A stretch of 64,000 bases of DNA from Chthoniobacteraceae bacterium (GCA_037190965.1 JBBCKI010000019.1:51537-115536); one strand, 5' to 3'; numbered from the stretch's first letter, positions 37,766-48,341 are shown. Notes: generated from the sequence alone by a model not told the origin. Numbers and translations: made by a program.

Positions 37766-38746
37766 ATGCCGGAAAGTCAGACCTTGCAGTTTGAGAATGC
37801 CAGGGCGCTTCAATCCCTCTATGCGGGAGATTTGAAGCTGCTCAAAACCCTCGAAGAGGCGCTTTCCGTGCGCGTCACGACGCGGGAGGGATGGGTGCGT
37901 CTTGAAGGAGAAACGGAGAATATCGAACGCGCCAAACGGGTTTTCGAGCAATTGGAACGGGCCCGCCAGGGGGGGATGCCGATCCGGCGGCACGAGTTCA
38001 ATTACGCGCTTATGTCCGTCATCGAGCCCAACGGAAGCGGCGAACTCCGTGAGTTGCTCGACACAAAGCTGGTGACCTCGCCTCGCCGCTCGCCCATCGT
38101 CCCGAAAACGGCGACCCAGCGGGCCTACGTGCAGGCGATTCAGGAGCACGACCTCGTTTTTGGCCTCGGCCCCGCCGGGACCGGAAAGACCTACCTCGCC
38201 ATGGCGATGGCGCTGGTCGCGCTCAGGAAGGAGCAGGTCAACCGGATCATCCTGACCCGTCCCGCCGTGGAAGCCGGGGAGGCGCTTGGCTTTTTGCCGG
38301 GAGATCTCAAGGAGAAGATCGCCCCGTATCTGCGCCCGCTTTACGACGCTCTCCAGGACATGCTGGAGGACGATGAGCGGGAGCGTTACGTGGAGCGGAA
38401 CATTATCGAGATCGCTCCGCTGGCCTACATGCGCGGGCGTACCCTCAACCACGCTTTCATCATTCTCGACGAAGCCCAGAACACAACCACCGAACAGATG
38501 CTGATGTTCCTGACGCGTCTTGGGGTCGACTCCAAATGCGTCATCACGGGTGACACCACCCAGATCGACCTCCCCAGCAACAAGCGTTCGGGGTTGATCG
38601 AGGGGGTTCAGGCGCTCAAGGACGTGAAGGGGATCGCCTTCACGACGTTTGAAGAGCGCGACGTGGTCCGGCACGAACTGGTCCGTCAGATCGTAAGGGC
38701 CTATAAACGCCATCGGTCGGGAGACGTCGCTCCCCGCCAGGACTAA
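37766..38746 (+). CDS. phoH: PhoH family ATPase
   Basis: GPAGTGKT, RPAVEAGE.LGFLPG, MRGRTL, DEAQN. Confidence 0.96.
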   Translation: MPESQTLQFENARALQSLYAGDLKLLKTLEEALSVRVTTREGWVRLEGETENIERAKRVFEQLERARQGGMPIRRHEFNYALMSVIEPNGSGELRELLDTKLVTSPRRSPIVPKTATQRAYVQAIQEHDLVFGLGPAGTGKTYLAMAMALVALRKEQVNRIILTRPAVEAGEALGFLPGDLKEKIAPYLRPLYDALQDMLEDDERERYVERNIIEIAPLAYMRGRTLNHAFIILDEAQNTTTEQMLMFLTRLGVDSKCVITGDTTQIDLPSNKRSGLIEGVQALKDVKGIAFTTFEERDVVRHELVRQIVRAYKRHRSGDVAPRQD

Positions 38747-38764
38747 GGGTTTTGAATTCTTGTC

Positions 38765-40357
38765 ATGTTTGAATTTTTCGAACGTCAACGTCTTGTTAAG
38801 AAGGGGCTAGCCTCCCAGAAATCCCGCCGCCGCCGAGCCAGCAGCGAGATGCTTCAAAGCGTGGAGGGGTCTTTCGGCCTGAAGATGCTGATTTTTATCG
38901 CCTTTGTTGCCGGCCTGGCGGCCCTGATTTATACCAGCGCCGAGCCGCGCCGCACCGAGGCTTTTTTCACGAGCCTGCTGATTTTCCTCACGGCGGTCGC
39001 CCAGCTTTGGATTAATCATCCCGAGACTTACGCCCGCAATTCCCGACTGGTGCTGGTGCTGGGGGTCTGCTTGACGCATCTTGCTGTCATCAAGGGGATT
39101 TTGCTTCTCTCCTTGAACGGAACCATCGATCGGAGCCTGGGGCCGCTTCTAATCCCCTTCGCCTTCGCCCCGCTGGTGCTCTCGGTACTTCTGGGGAAAA
39201 ATCACGGTATTTTCGCGGCGATTTTCGTCAGTCTTTGGGGCTCTATCGTGGTGCGCGGCATCAATCCGGCGGTTTTCATCGTCATCAGCCTGATCACCGG
39301 TTTTATCGCGGTTTTTGTAACTCTTCAGGTACGGCAGCGGAGCCGTTTGATTCGCGCGGGGGTGTTTGTCGGCCTTGCAACCTGGGTGCTCGCCATCATG
39401 TTCGGCCTGATCGGGCCGATCGTGATCGAGAACATCAACTGGAAAGTCCTTGTGCTCCAGAGCGTTGCCACCATCGGCAGCGGAGTGATCACCGCCATTC
39501 TTGTCAGCGGAGCGCTCCCGATCCTGGAGAGCCTCTTCCGGATCACCACCGATATTTCCTGGCTGGAAGCCGCCGACCTCAACCACCCGCTGCTTAAGCG
39601 GATGACCATCGAGGCTCCGGGGACCTATCATCATAGCCTTGTGGTGGCCAATCTTGCCGAGGCCGCCGCGGAAGCCGTCGGCGCCAACGCCACGATGGCC
39701 CGCGTCTGCTCGTACTTTCATGATATCGGCAAGCTGGTGAAGCCGGAGTATTTCACCGAGAACATGGCGGAGCGCAACCCGCACAACGATCTTGCCCCGA
39801 CGATGAGCGCGCTGATCATCATCGCGCATGTGAAGGAGGGGGTTGACCTCGGGCTCAAGTACAAACTCAAGAAGCAGATCATTGACGTCATCCAGCAGCA
39901 CCACGGCACCTCGCTGGTCTGGTATTTTTATCAGAGGGCGCTCCAGCAGCAGGAGGACGCACGGCAGGGCGGTAAGATCATGAACATTCGGGAGGAAGAC
40001 ATTCCCGAAGTTCGTGAAGAGAGCTTCCGCTACTCGGGGCCGCTGCCGCAGACTAAGGAATGCACTATTATTTCCCTGGCTGATTGTGTGGAAAGCGCGT
40101 CGCGGAGCCTGGAGAAGGTGACCCCTCAGCGGGTGGACCAGATGATTCAGGATATTATCTCGGCCCGGATCGAAGGGGGACAGCTCGACGATTGCGATCT
40201 CACTCTCAAGGAACTCAAGATTATTGCCGCGACTTTCAAATCGACGCTGTTGAGCATGCTCCACAGCCGGGTCGCCTATCCCAAGCAGAACGTCGAAGGG
40301 AAATCCTCGGACGGACAGGGAGACGGGAACGTGGCTTCGCCGGTTCCGGCGGCCTGA
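38765..40357 (+). CDS. 7TM-HD phosphohydrolase (PgpH-like)
   Basis: Multiple TM helices, APGTYHHS, HDIGK, HV..G, HHGT, LAD. Confidence 0.9.
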   Translation: MFEFFERQRLVKKGLASQKSRRRRASSEMLQSVEGSFGLKMLIFIAFVAGLAALIYTSAEPRRTEAFFTSLLIFLTAVAQLWINHPETYARNSRLVLVLGVCLTHLAVIKGILLLSLNGTIDRSLGPLLIPFAFAPLVLSVLLGKNHGIFAAIFVSLWGSIVVRGINPAVFIVISLITGFIAVFVTLQVRQRSRLIRAGVFVGLATWVLAIMFGLIGPIVIENINWKVLVLQSVATIGSGVITAILVSGALPILESLFRITTDISWLEAADLNHPLLKRMTIEAPGTYHHSLVVANLAEAAAEAVGANATMARVCSYFHDIGKLVKPEYFTENMAERNPHNDLAPTMSALIIIAHVKEGVDLGLKYKLKKQIIDVIQQHHGTSLVWYFYQRALQQQEDARQGGKIMNIREEDIPEVREESFRYSGPLPQTKECTIISLADCVESASRSLEKVTPQRVDQMIQDIISARIEGGQLDDCDLTLKELKIIAATFKSTLLSMLHSRVAYPKQNVEGKSSDGQGDGNVASPVPAA

Positions 40358-40399
40358 TCGCCGGGATTGAAGGAAACCCCCGCACGAACTTTTTAAGCG

Positions 40400-40852
40400 T
40401 TGGAAATCTCACTGCACAATCGCCAGCGAAAGGTCGCGATTCCCTTTCCCTGGCTCAAACGGTTTGCTCCTGTGGCTCTTGAGGAGTGCCTGAAGCACCC
40501 TCGGCACGGGAATGCCCCGCTGCCCACGCTGGGGGAGGTGGAAGTGACTTTTGTTTCCGATGCCACCATCGCCCGGGTACACCGCGATTTCATGGAGATC
40601 CCCGGAGCCACCGATGTGATTACCTTCGACCACGGGGAGATCGTCATCAGCACCGAGACGGCCCGGGAAAACGCGAACCTTTATGGGCGGCCTCTTGAAG
40701 AAGAACTCGCGCGGTACATCGTGCACGGGTTACTGCACCTCAACGGATTTGAGGACAAAACCGAGGCTGAAGCCGCCGAAATGCACGAGCTTCAGGAAAA
40801 GATCCTCGCCGGTTGCCTCGCCACCCCTTTGATTTTGCCATCGCATGATTGA
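40400..40852 (+). CDS. ybeY: rRNA maturation endoribonuclease YbeY
   Basis: TDVITF, GEI.IS, HGLLHLNGFED. Confidence 0.9.
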   Translation: MEISLHNRQRKVAIPFPWLKRFAPVALEECLKHPRHGNAPLPTLGEVEVTFVSDATIARVHRDFMEIPGATDVITFDHGEIVISTETARENANLYGRPLEEELARYIVHGLLHLNGFEDKTEAEAAEMHELQEKILAGCLATPLILPSHD

Positions 40853-41120
40853 GACTGCTCCAGAAACTGAAGAAAAGGTCGCCCTCGACATCCCGTGGAA
40901 CGTGGTCGTGCATAACGACCCGGTCAACCTGATGAGCTATGTCACCATGGTCTTCAAGCGGGTCTTCGGCTATTCAACCGACCGGGCCACCAAGCACATG
41001 CTGGAGGTACACCATCAGGGACGCTCAGTGGTTTGGACGGGGCCCCGGGAGCGGGCGGAGTTTTACATCCAGCAGTTGCATTCGTACCTGCTCCTTGCGA
41101 CCTTGGAGAAGGCGATCTAA
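40845..41120 (+). CDS. clpS: Clp protease adaptor ClpS
   Basis: VVHNDPVNLMSYV, MLEVH.QGR. Confidence 0.9.
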   Translation: MIETAPETEEKVALDIPWNVVVHNDPVNLMSYVTMVFKRVFGYSTDRATKHMLEVHHQGRSVVWTGPRERAEFYIQQLHSYLLLATLEKAI

Positions 41121-41169
41121 GGCCCTGAGACCCCGGGCCATCAGGACAGTTCTAAAAGGAGGAGTTTTT

Positions 41170-41646
41170 TTGCAGATCGAGCGCACCGAGGAAGGTTCAT
41201 TTATTATCTCCGCATTGGAGCCGCCCCTGATTGGTCTGTTCATGGCCATCCCCGAGGCGGCGGACCCGGGGGAGAATTCCGCCGCCAACAGACGGCTCTA
41301 TCCGGAGCCATCCGCAGATCAGGAGATTCGGGAGGAGTGGCGTGAATACGTCGAGCCCGGCCTGCGGGAGTGGTTCGAGAGCGCGACCTCCACGGTGAAG
41401 GGCGATCTACAACAGTTGGAAGCGACGGAGACGCTTACCATCGACTTGGAGCACGTGGATGCCTGGTTGAGCGCCCTCAATCAAGCCCGGCTTGCGCTGG
41501 CCGCCCGTTTCGAAGTCACCGATGCCGACATGGAGCGCGCCGTTTCTCCAGTGCTACAGAACGAGCGCGAACTGGCGCTCTTCCAGATTCATTTTTACGG
41601 ATTTGTGCAGGAATGCCTGATCCGGGGCATCGAAAGCGGGGATTGA
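41170..41646 (+). CDS. DUF2017-like protein
   Basis: RLYP...EWREYV, AWLSALNQARL.L, Y..VQE; follows clpS; TTG start. Confidence 0.7.
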   Translation: MQIERTEEGSFIISALEPPLIGLFMAIPEAADPGENSAANRRLYPEPSADQEIREEWREYVEPGLREWFESATSTVKGDLQQLEATETLTIDLEHVDAWLSALNQARLALAARFEVTDADMERAVSPVLQNERELALFQIHFYGFVQECLIRGIESGD

Positions 41647-41669
41647 TCGGCGAGGGTAGGGGCATGACG

Positions 41670-41830
41670 GGTGCGGCAGCACCGGTGGTCCGCTCGCGCC
41701 GTCGAGCGCGGGTATCGGCTCCCGTGGTTCATGGGAGCCGCATCCCAATACCAGCAGCCTGTCCTGCGGGGATGGATGTTAAACGCGATTGATTAACCCA
41801 TCCCGCGCTCTCGGCGAGAGCGGGCTACCT
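41670..41830 (-). repeat. GTAG-REPIN family B, full copy
   Basis: Reverse complement aligns with 31979-32136; lies between convergent genes. Confidence 0.85.
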
Positions 41831-41878
41831 TGCCTACCCTCGCATCTGGGTTACACGAGACGCTCGGTGAAGCGCTCT

Positions 41879-43981
41879 CTATACGGCTGCCGTGGCTTGC
41901 AGCAGCTCTTCCGTCGCTTTGAGTTGCTCTCCGGTGCCGAGCAGCAAGACGCGGTCGCCGTCGAGCAATTCCTCTTCGGGGCCGGGGTTGATGATGTTGT
42001 TTCCCCGACGTTCGATGCCCACGATGCTGACGCCCGTCTTCGTGCGAAGCTTAAGATCGGCGATCATCTTGCCGACGACCCACGATGCCGACTCGATGGC
42101 GACGGTCAGCAATTGGGCTTCACGGAGCATTTGCGGAAGCGGGACGACTGGTTCCTCCTCGTGGGCGTGATGATGCTCGGGCGTTTGCTCGAAGGTTTCG
42201 ATCAGGGCGATCTGCGCCTTTGCGTAGACTCTCACGAAGGCGCGGCGCAGGAGGATCACCGCGACGACCAACGCGAGGCCGAGCACGATCAACATATTGC
42301 GTGAGGGCAGGATGGTGGAGCTCAGGAGCAGCGTCAGCAGCACGAGGGCGGCGCACCCGCCGGCCACCACGGTGGTGGAGATCAGACCGCGAAGAGGCGC
42401 GGTGTTTTGCCCTGCCGCAGCGCGGGTGACGCTCATTTCCGACACCAGCATCCCCGCTGCCTGAAGCTTGCGGAAAACGGCGATGAACATCGGGAGGCTC
42501 AGGATCATTGCGCCCAGCCACAGGATGGCCTTGATGCCGTTTTCGCCGATCGGGGCTTCCGGCCAGAAGGCGATGGCATGCTTGCGCATGGCTGCCGCCG
42601 CGATGAAGACCGCGGTGATCAGCAGGAGATTGAGGCCGATCTGAAGCCCCCATTTGCGAAGAAGATTCATCCCGATGTTGCCGCGCCGTTTCTCGGAGAC
42701 GGCCCCGAGCCAGCGGCTGTAGGCATCCGTCATCCGGTGGAACGACACCGGTGCGTGCTTGTCGATCCAGTCGGCCAGCGGATCGGAGGCTTTGATCAGG
42801 AAGGGAGTCAACAGGGTGGTGATGGCCGAGACGGCCACCGCAATCGGGTAAATGAAAGGATCGACCACTTTGAAGTGCAGCCCGAGCCCCGCGATAATGA
42901 AGGAGAACTCACCAATCTGCGCAAGGCTCATGCCGACCCGCAGGGAGGTGCGGATGTCGTTGCCCGCCACAAAGCTCCCGACGGAGCAGGCGATAATTTT
43001 GCCAAAGACCACCGCGCCGGTGATGACCAGAATGGGCGCCCAGTATTTGAGCATTTCGTTGGGGTCGATCAACAACCCGATGGAGACGAAGAACACCGCG
43101 CTGAAGAGGTCGCGCACCGGGTTCATCAGCATCTCGATCTTGGCGATCTGCCGGGCTTCCGCGATGACGGCTCCGATGAGGAACGCGCCGAGCGCGACGC
43201 TGTAACCCATCTTCAAGGCAAGCAGGGAGATACCGAAGCAGAGCCCGATGACCGTGAGGAGCAGCATCTCGTTGCTCTTGAACCTTGCGACATAATCGAG
43301 CAGCCGGGGAACGAGGATCAACCCCGCAACGAGGACGACCCCGAGGAAGGCGCTCAGTTGGACCACGGTGATGCCGATCTCCTTGGGTGCGAGCGAACCG
43401 GTCGCAGCGAAGCCGGAGATGAGCGCGAGAATGACGATCCCCAGGATGTCTTCGACAATCAGAATGCCGAATATCAGGCCCGCAAAGCGTTCCTTGGTCA
43501 GGCCAAGTTCATTGAGCGCCTTGATGATGATCGTGGTGGACGACATCGCAAGGATGGCTCCCAGGAAGATCGCGTTGACTTTGGACCATCCGAAAAGAAG
43601 GCCGATCTCATACCCGAGGAAGGCCATCAGGAGGATTTCCGCCGTGGCGCCAATGACGGCCGTAGCCCCCACGTCGCCCAGTTTTCGCAGGCTGAACTCA
43701 AGCCCAAGCGAGAACATCAGGAGAATGACCCCAAGCTCCGAAAGCGATTCGATGGTCTTCCGATCTTCGATCAGGGTGTACGGGGGGGTATGTGGCCCGA
43801 TGATGAGGCCCGCCAAAATATAGCCGAGCACGACCGGCAATTTGAGTTGCCGAAAGAGAATGGTGACGATGCCCGCGACGATCATGACGGTCGACAGGTC
43901 CTGCAGGAAGACCTGGATATGTCCGGCGACGGCGAGGATCGGGAGCGAGAGCCCGGGAAGTGATGTCAGGTGTGCAAGCAT
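41879..43981 (-). CDS. CPA2 cation:proton antiporter with C-terminal RCK-C (TrkA_C) domain
   Basis: GV.LLMFSLGLE, SSTTI, LIVED, RDLF.AVFF, QIGEFSF; NPGP...GD C-terminus. Confidence 0.92.
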   Translation of the reverse strand: MLAHLTSLPGLSLPILAVAGHIQVFLQDLSTVMIVAGIVTILFRQLKLPVVLGYILAGLIIGPHTPPYTLIEDRKTIESLSELGVILLMFSLGLEFSLRKLGDVGATAVIGATAEILLMAFLGYEIGLLFGWSKVNAIFLGAILAMSSTTIIIKALNELGLTKERFAGLIFGILIVEDILGIVILALISGFAATGSLAPKEIGITVVQLSAFLGVVLVAGLILVPRLLDYVARFKSNEMLLLTVIGLCFGISLLALKMGYSVALGAFLIGAVIAEARQIAKIEMLMNPVRDLFSAVFFVSIGLLIDPNEMLKYWAPILVITGAVVFGKIIACSVGSFVAGNDIRTSLRVGMSLAQIGEFSFIIAGLGLHFKVVDPFIYPIAVAVSAITTLLTPFLIKASDPLADWIDKHAPVSFHRMTDAYSRWLGAVSEKRRGNIGMNLLRKWGLQIGLNLLLITAVFIAAAAMRKHAIAFWPEAPIGENGIKAILWLGAMILSLPMFIAVFRKLQAAGMLVSEMSVTRAAAGQNTAPLRGLISTTVVAGGCAALVLLTLLLSSTILPSRNMLIVLGLALVVAVILLRRAFVRVYAKAQIALIETFEQTPEHHHAHEEEPVVPLPQMLREAQLLTVAIESASWVVGKMIADLKLRTKTGVSIVGIERRGNNIINPGPEEELLDGDRVLLLGTGEQLKATEELLQATAAV

Positions 43982-44407
43982 TGGTGTTTGGTGGGCAGTA
44001 GTTCCATCAAATCGAAAACCGATACCGAGTGCGGAGAGTAGCAGCGATCCGCCGGGCGCGGGTGCTTTGCAGTCAGGAACTCATCGCATCCAAAGATACG
44101 CTTTGTCCTTTCTTAGCATCCCGGCTCAGCCTCTGGCGCCAGCTCGTCCGACCCGTTACCGGAGATCGGGTACAATTCGGGTAAGTTGGCGATGATTTGG
44201 AGCGACCCTGATACAATTCGCTAGTCGCAAGCAACTTACGTCGAGGCATAACCTCTGTGCCAAACCCACACCCCATCGCCGTGGCTTAGGGTAAACGCGG
44301 GGACCGTGGGCGATCTAGTTTTTTGTGCAAAAAATTTTCAAACTATCGGAAAGCGGGGGAAAGCAGCTTGTTCGCGGCTTTCGCTTGAGGCACCGTATCG
44401 CGCTCCG

Positions 44408-45391
44408 ATGAGTCTCCTTACCAGCGATTATGATTATGCCCTGCCCGAAGTGTTGATTGCGCGGTACCCTCTCGCGCGCCGGGAGGACTCACGCATGATG
44501 GTGTTGCACCGCGACGGGCAGCGGATCGAGCATCGCTCTTTTCGGGATTTCTCCAGCTTCCTGCGCGAAGGGGATCTTGTTGTGCTCAACAACACCCGAG
44601 TGATTCCCGCGCGGGTCTTCTCCGACGACGGCAAGGTGGAGCTTCTTTTTCTGGAGGCAGAGGGGGAGGATGTCTGGAAGTGTCTCGTCAAGCCGGGCCG
44701 CAAAATGCGCGAGGGCCGCACCGTGACGGTGGGCGGCGTTAAGGGGATCGTCCTGGAGGTGCTCGAAAGCGGCGAACGCCGGGTGGCGTTTTCCGGGCCG
44801 GTCGATCTGAATGCCGTGGGCCGCCTGCCGCTTCCGCCATACTTCGAGCGCGAGAGCGAGGCGGCGGACGAGGAACGCTACCAGACGGTTTACGCCTCCG
44901 CCCCGGGAGCTGTCGCCGCGCCGACCGCCGGGCTGCATTTTACCCCGGATCTCCTCGCGCGAATCCCTCATGCCTTCGTCACGCTTCATGTCGGAGTCGG
45001 GACCTTCAAGCCGGTGCAGGTGGATTGCATCACCGATCACCTCATGCACCGGGAGCGATTCTCCGTTTCCACGGAGACCGGGGAAGCCATCGCCGCCGCA
45101 AAGCGCGTCGTGGCGGTCGGCACCACCAGCCTGCGCGTCCTGGAAGCTTGTGCGCGCGAGAACAATGGGGCGGTCCCGCCGGGGGAGGGGAGCACCGACA
45201 TCTTCATCTACCCGGGGTATCGATTCCGCGCGACGGGAGCGCTGCTCACCAACTTTCATCTTCCGAAGTCGACGCTCCTCATGCTCGTCTCCGCCCTTGC
45301 GGGTCGGGAGTTCGTCATGGAGGCCTATGCGGAAGCAGTGAGGGAGGGGTACCGTTTCTATAGTTACGGCGACTGCATGTTGATCCTTTAG
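44408..45391 (-). other. Antisense shadow of queA (not a gene; see the + strand call)
   Basis: Track ORF 44489-45433 (-) mirrors queA codons. Confidence 0.1.
44408..45391 (+). CDS. queA: S-adenosylmethionine:tRNA ribosyltransferase-isomerase
   Basis: NNTRVIPAR, PLPPY, YQTVYA, AAPTAGLHF, LHVGVGTF, TNFHLPKS, SYGD. Confidence 0.98.
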   Translation: MSLLTSDYDYALPEVLIARYPLARREDSRMMVLHRDGQRIEHRSFRDFSSFLREGDLVVLNNTRVIPARVFSDDGKVELLFLEAEGEDVWKCLVKPGRKMREGRTVTVGGVKGIVLEVLESGERRVAFSGPVDLNAVGRLPLPPYFERESEAADEERYQTVYASAPGAVAAPTAGLHFTPDLLARIPHAFVTLHVGVGTFKPVQVDCITDHLMHRERFSVSTETGEAIAAAKRVVAVGTTSLRVLEACARENNGAVPPGEGSTDIFIYPGYRFRATGALLTNFHLPKSTLLMLVSALAGREFVMEAYAEAVREGYRFYSYGDCMLIL

Positions 45392-45440
45392 GCTGTGTTG
45401 ACGAATTGAGAAAAAGTGAGCCGTCGGCTGCAAGGGAGTG

Positions 45441-45554
45441 CGGCGGCGTCGCGGAGCTCCGCCCTCCGGTTGGAGGGTATTTCACACTAGATGCTTGCGC
45501 CCTGCGCGCGCTTGCCGCGCGGTAGATGCAGGGCGGAGTTCCACGACGCCGCCG
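45441..45554. repeat. 25-bp inverted repeat pair
   Basis: CGGCGGCGTCGCGGAGCTCCGCCCT (45441-45465) vs AGGGCGGAGTTCCACGACGCCGCCG (45530-45554), 2 mismatches. Confidence 0.75.
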
Positions 45555-45702
45555 TCTATGGCCAAAGGCCCTCTATTTCTTCTTCTCAACAACTCGTGCT
45601 TGCGCGGCCTTTTCTTGACTTACTGATCGTCTCAAAAGCGATTTGACGCAATCAGTCCGGCGGCCTGTAGACATCTTTCGCATCGGGTGTAATACACCTG
45701 TC

Positions 45703-45924
45703 ATGAATTCGAAAGATCTCACAGACACGGAAGAGTTCGACAAACCAAGGAAGCAAAAATTCAAGCGCCTGCATCAGGAGCGGTGCGGGGGCGCGCGGCA
45801 GGAATACGATAGCTATGCCGATGTGCGCGAGGCTTGCGAACGCAAACTGGCCGAATGGGAGCGGCAGGGAATCCTCGCTCCATACAATCAACGGGGCAAC
45901 GATTGGCTGTTCGGGGGACAGTAG
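45703..45924 (+). CDS. Small hypothetical charged protein
   Basis: 73 aa; TAGACA-N16-TAATAC directly upstream suggests a leaderless transcript. Confidence 0.55.
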   Translation: MNSKDLTDTEEFDKPRKQKFKRLHQERCGGARQEYDSYADVREACERKLAEWERQGILAPYNQRGNDWLFGGQ

Positions 45925-46029
45925 CGCGTGGATTGCGGCGTTGATATAGATGCATCACACCGCAGTTTTCGGTTTTTTCCTTGCCTTCAGCGCCTGAAGA
46001 CGGGAACTTTCGAGTGCTGGCGAGAGTCA

Positions 46030-46218
46030 GCCGGGACTTGATAACCCCGTAACCAACGGCTGGCAATAGCCGAAAACCTATTGCCGTTTCCGGGCTCATA
46101 TATGGTCGGGAGGCGGCGGCGTATGTCCAGGCCTTGCGGCTAAAGGCTGTCGCGGCTGTTTGGTTACGGCTTATCAACTCCCGGCCACCTTCGAGCAATC
46201 GAGGTGGCCGTTTTGTTT
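46030..46218 (+). ncRNA. C4/CI-like antisense RNA or attenuator module
   Basis: TGGTCGGGAG/CTCCCGGCCA closing stem; inner segment complementary to 46030-46060; overlapping terminator hairpin with U-tract. Confidence 0.5.
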
Positions 46219-46236
46219 ATTAAAGCTGCCAAGCCC

Positions 46237-46458
46237 ATGAAGACTGCCGAAAACAACATTTTTCACGCAAAAAGTGCCGAAGGACTCGCGGAATGCCTTG
46301 GCATCCTATTGTTTGAACTGGACGCTGCGATCCTCCCCACCCCGAATCTCGAATCGCTCTGTATCGAAATTCACGCGCTTTCGGCTCACATCGACGTGTT
46401 CAAACTCCGCGCCGCCGGGGAAATCGCAGCACGGCGGGACGCGCCCCGCAAGCCTTGA
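46237..46458 (+). CDS. Small hypothetical protein downstream of the C4-like module
   Basis: 73-aa ORF in the position of a regulated gene; no recognised motif. Confidence 0.4.
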   Translation: MKTAENNIFHAKSAEGLAECLGILLFELDAAILPTPNLESLCIEIHALSAHIDVFKLRAAGEIAARRDAPRKP

Positions 46459-46545
46459 TATTTCCCCGCCAATATCGCAGTGCGGGATAAAATCTTGGCA
46501 GAAGTCGGGAGACCTGCTTTATCGTTCCCGCTTACCTTGCATTTC

Positions 46546-48315
46546 ATGAGCGCCAGAAAAAAATCCAAAGCCCCTAAAGCAAAGAACGACCTGCGCAAAT
46601 TTTCATCCCAGGTTGTGGATGGCGCGGACCGCGCCGCGAGCCGCGCGATGCTTCATGCGGTTGGTTTCACCCGCGAAGATTTCAAGAAACCGCAGATCGG
46701 CGTCGCTTCGCTTTGGAGCCAGGTAACCCCGTGCAACCTGCACATCGACAAGCTGGCGCTGGAATCGGCGTCGGGCGTGGATGGCGCAGGCGGCAAATCG
46801 GTCATTTTTCCAACCATCACCATTTCCGACGGCATCTCGATGGGGACCGAGGGGATGAAGTATTCCCTCGTTTCGCGCGAGGTGATCGCCGATTCCATTG
46901 AAACCGTTGTCGGTTGCGAAGGCTTTGACGGCGTGGTGGCCATTGGCGGCTGTGACAAGAACATGCCCGGGTGCATCATCGGCATCGCGCGGTTGAACCG
47001 CCCTGCGGTGTTTGTTTACGGCGGCACTATTTTGCCAGGCTGTCTGACCGGAATCCTCGCGGCCAACCGGATCAACAAGGATCGCGCTGAGGAGTTGTCC
47101 AAGAAGAAGCTCGATATCGTCTCGGTGTTCGAGGCGGTGGGCGCCCATGCCAACCACAAGATTGATGACGCGGAGTTGGAGTTGATCGAGGAGACCGCCA
47201 TCCCCGGCCCCGGCGCATGCGGTGGCATGTATACCGCCAATACCATGGCCAGCGCCATCGAAGCCCTGGGGATGTCGTTGCCCGGAAGCTCCGCGCAGGA
47301 CGCCGTTTCCAAAGCGAAGATCGTTGACTGCCGCAATGCAGGCGCGGCGGTCGTCAACTTGCTCAAGAAGGGGATCAAACCGCTCGACATCATGACCCGC
47401 AAGGCGTTCGAAAACGCCATCACGGTCGTGATCGCCTTGGGCGGCTCGACCAATGCCGTGTTGCACCTCCTTGCCATGGCTCACGCCTGCGGCGTGAAAC
47501 TGAGCATCGACGACTTTACCCGCATCGGGAAGAAAGTCCCCGTGCTGGCCGACCTCAAGCCGAGCGGCAAATACCTCATGGCCGAGCTTGTCGCGATCGG
47601 CGGTATCCAGCCGCTCATGAAGACGCTGCTCAAGGCGGGGCTGCTGCATGGCGACTGCCTTACCGTCACCGGCAAAACGCTCAAGCAGAACCTCGCCAGC
47701 GTGAAGCCTTACGCAAAAGGGCAGGACATTGTTCGCCCGCTTTCCAACCCGATCAAGAAAGACAGCCACCTGGTCATTCTCTACGGAAACCTCGCCGCCG
47801 AGGGAGCCGTCGCCAAGATTTCGGGCAAGGAAGGGCTCTCCTTCACCGGTCGTGCTCGCGTGTTTGACGGCGAAGAGCCGGCAATGACGGCGATCCTCGA
47901 CGGCACCGTGAAGAAGGGCGACGTCATTGTCATCCGCTACGAAGGGCCCAAGGGCGGTCCTGGCATGCGGGAAATGCTCGGGCCAACCTCCGCCGTCATG
48001 GGCAAGGGGCTCGGCAAGGATGTCGCGCTGATCACCGATGGGCGTTTCTCCGGCGGCAGCCACGGCTTTGTCGTGGGGCACATCACGCCCGAAGCCGCTG
48101 TCGGCGGCCCGCTGGCCATCGTTAAGGATGGCGACCGCATCACCATCGATGCCGAAAAACGCACGCTCAACCTGGAGGTTTCCAAGGCAGAGATCGCCAA
48201 GCGGCTCGCCAAGTGGAAAGCGCCCAAGCCGCGTTATACTCACGGGGTTCTTGCCAAGTACGCGAAACTCTGCAGTTCGGCTTCGGAAGGGGCTGTGACG
48301 GATCGTTATCTGTAA
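46546..48315 (+). CDS. ilvD: Dihydroxy-acid dehydratase
   Basis: [54 protein letters not shown]. Confidence 0.98.
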   Translation: MSARKKSKAPKAKNDLRKFSSQVVDGADRAASRAMLHAVGFTREDFKKPQIGVASLWSQVTPCNLHIDKLALESASGVDGAGGKSVIFPTITISDGISMGTEGMKYSLVSREVIADSIETVVGCEGFDGVVAIGGCDKNMPGCIIGIARLNRPAVFVYGGTILPGCLTGILAANRINKDRAEELSKKKLDIVSVFEAVGAHANHKIDDAELELIEETAIPGPGACGGMYTANTMASAIEALGMSLPGSSAQDAVSKAKIVDCRNAGAAVVNLLKKGIKPLDIMTRKAFENAITVVIALGGSTNAVLHLLAMAHACGVKLSIDDFTRIGKKVPVLADLKPSGKYLMAELVAIGGIQPLMKTLLKAGLLHGDCLTVTGKTLKQNLASVKPYAKGQDIVRPLSNPIKKDSHLVILYGNLAAEGAVAKISGKEGLSFTGRARVFDGEEPAMTAILDGTVKKGDVIVIRYEGPKGGPGMREMLGPTSAVMGKGLGKDVALITDGRFSGGSHGFVVGHITPEAAVGGPLAIVKDGDRITIDAEKRTLNLEVSKAEIAKRLAKWKAPKPRYTHGVLAKYAKLCSSASEGAVTDRYL

Positions 48316-48341
48316 CTGAATCGAGTATTACAGAATTGCCT

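Noticed and set aside
46603..48243. 546-aa minus ORF, and similar long antisense ORFs over ruvB, gpmI, queA, the CPA2 gene and the sulfatase
   Set aside because: Codon-mirror ORFs opposite well-supported genes
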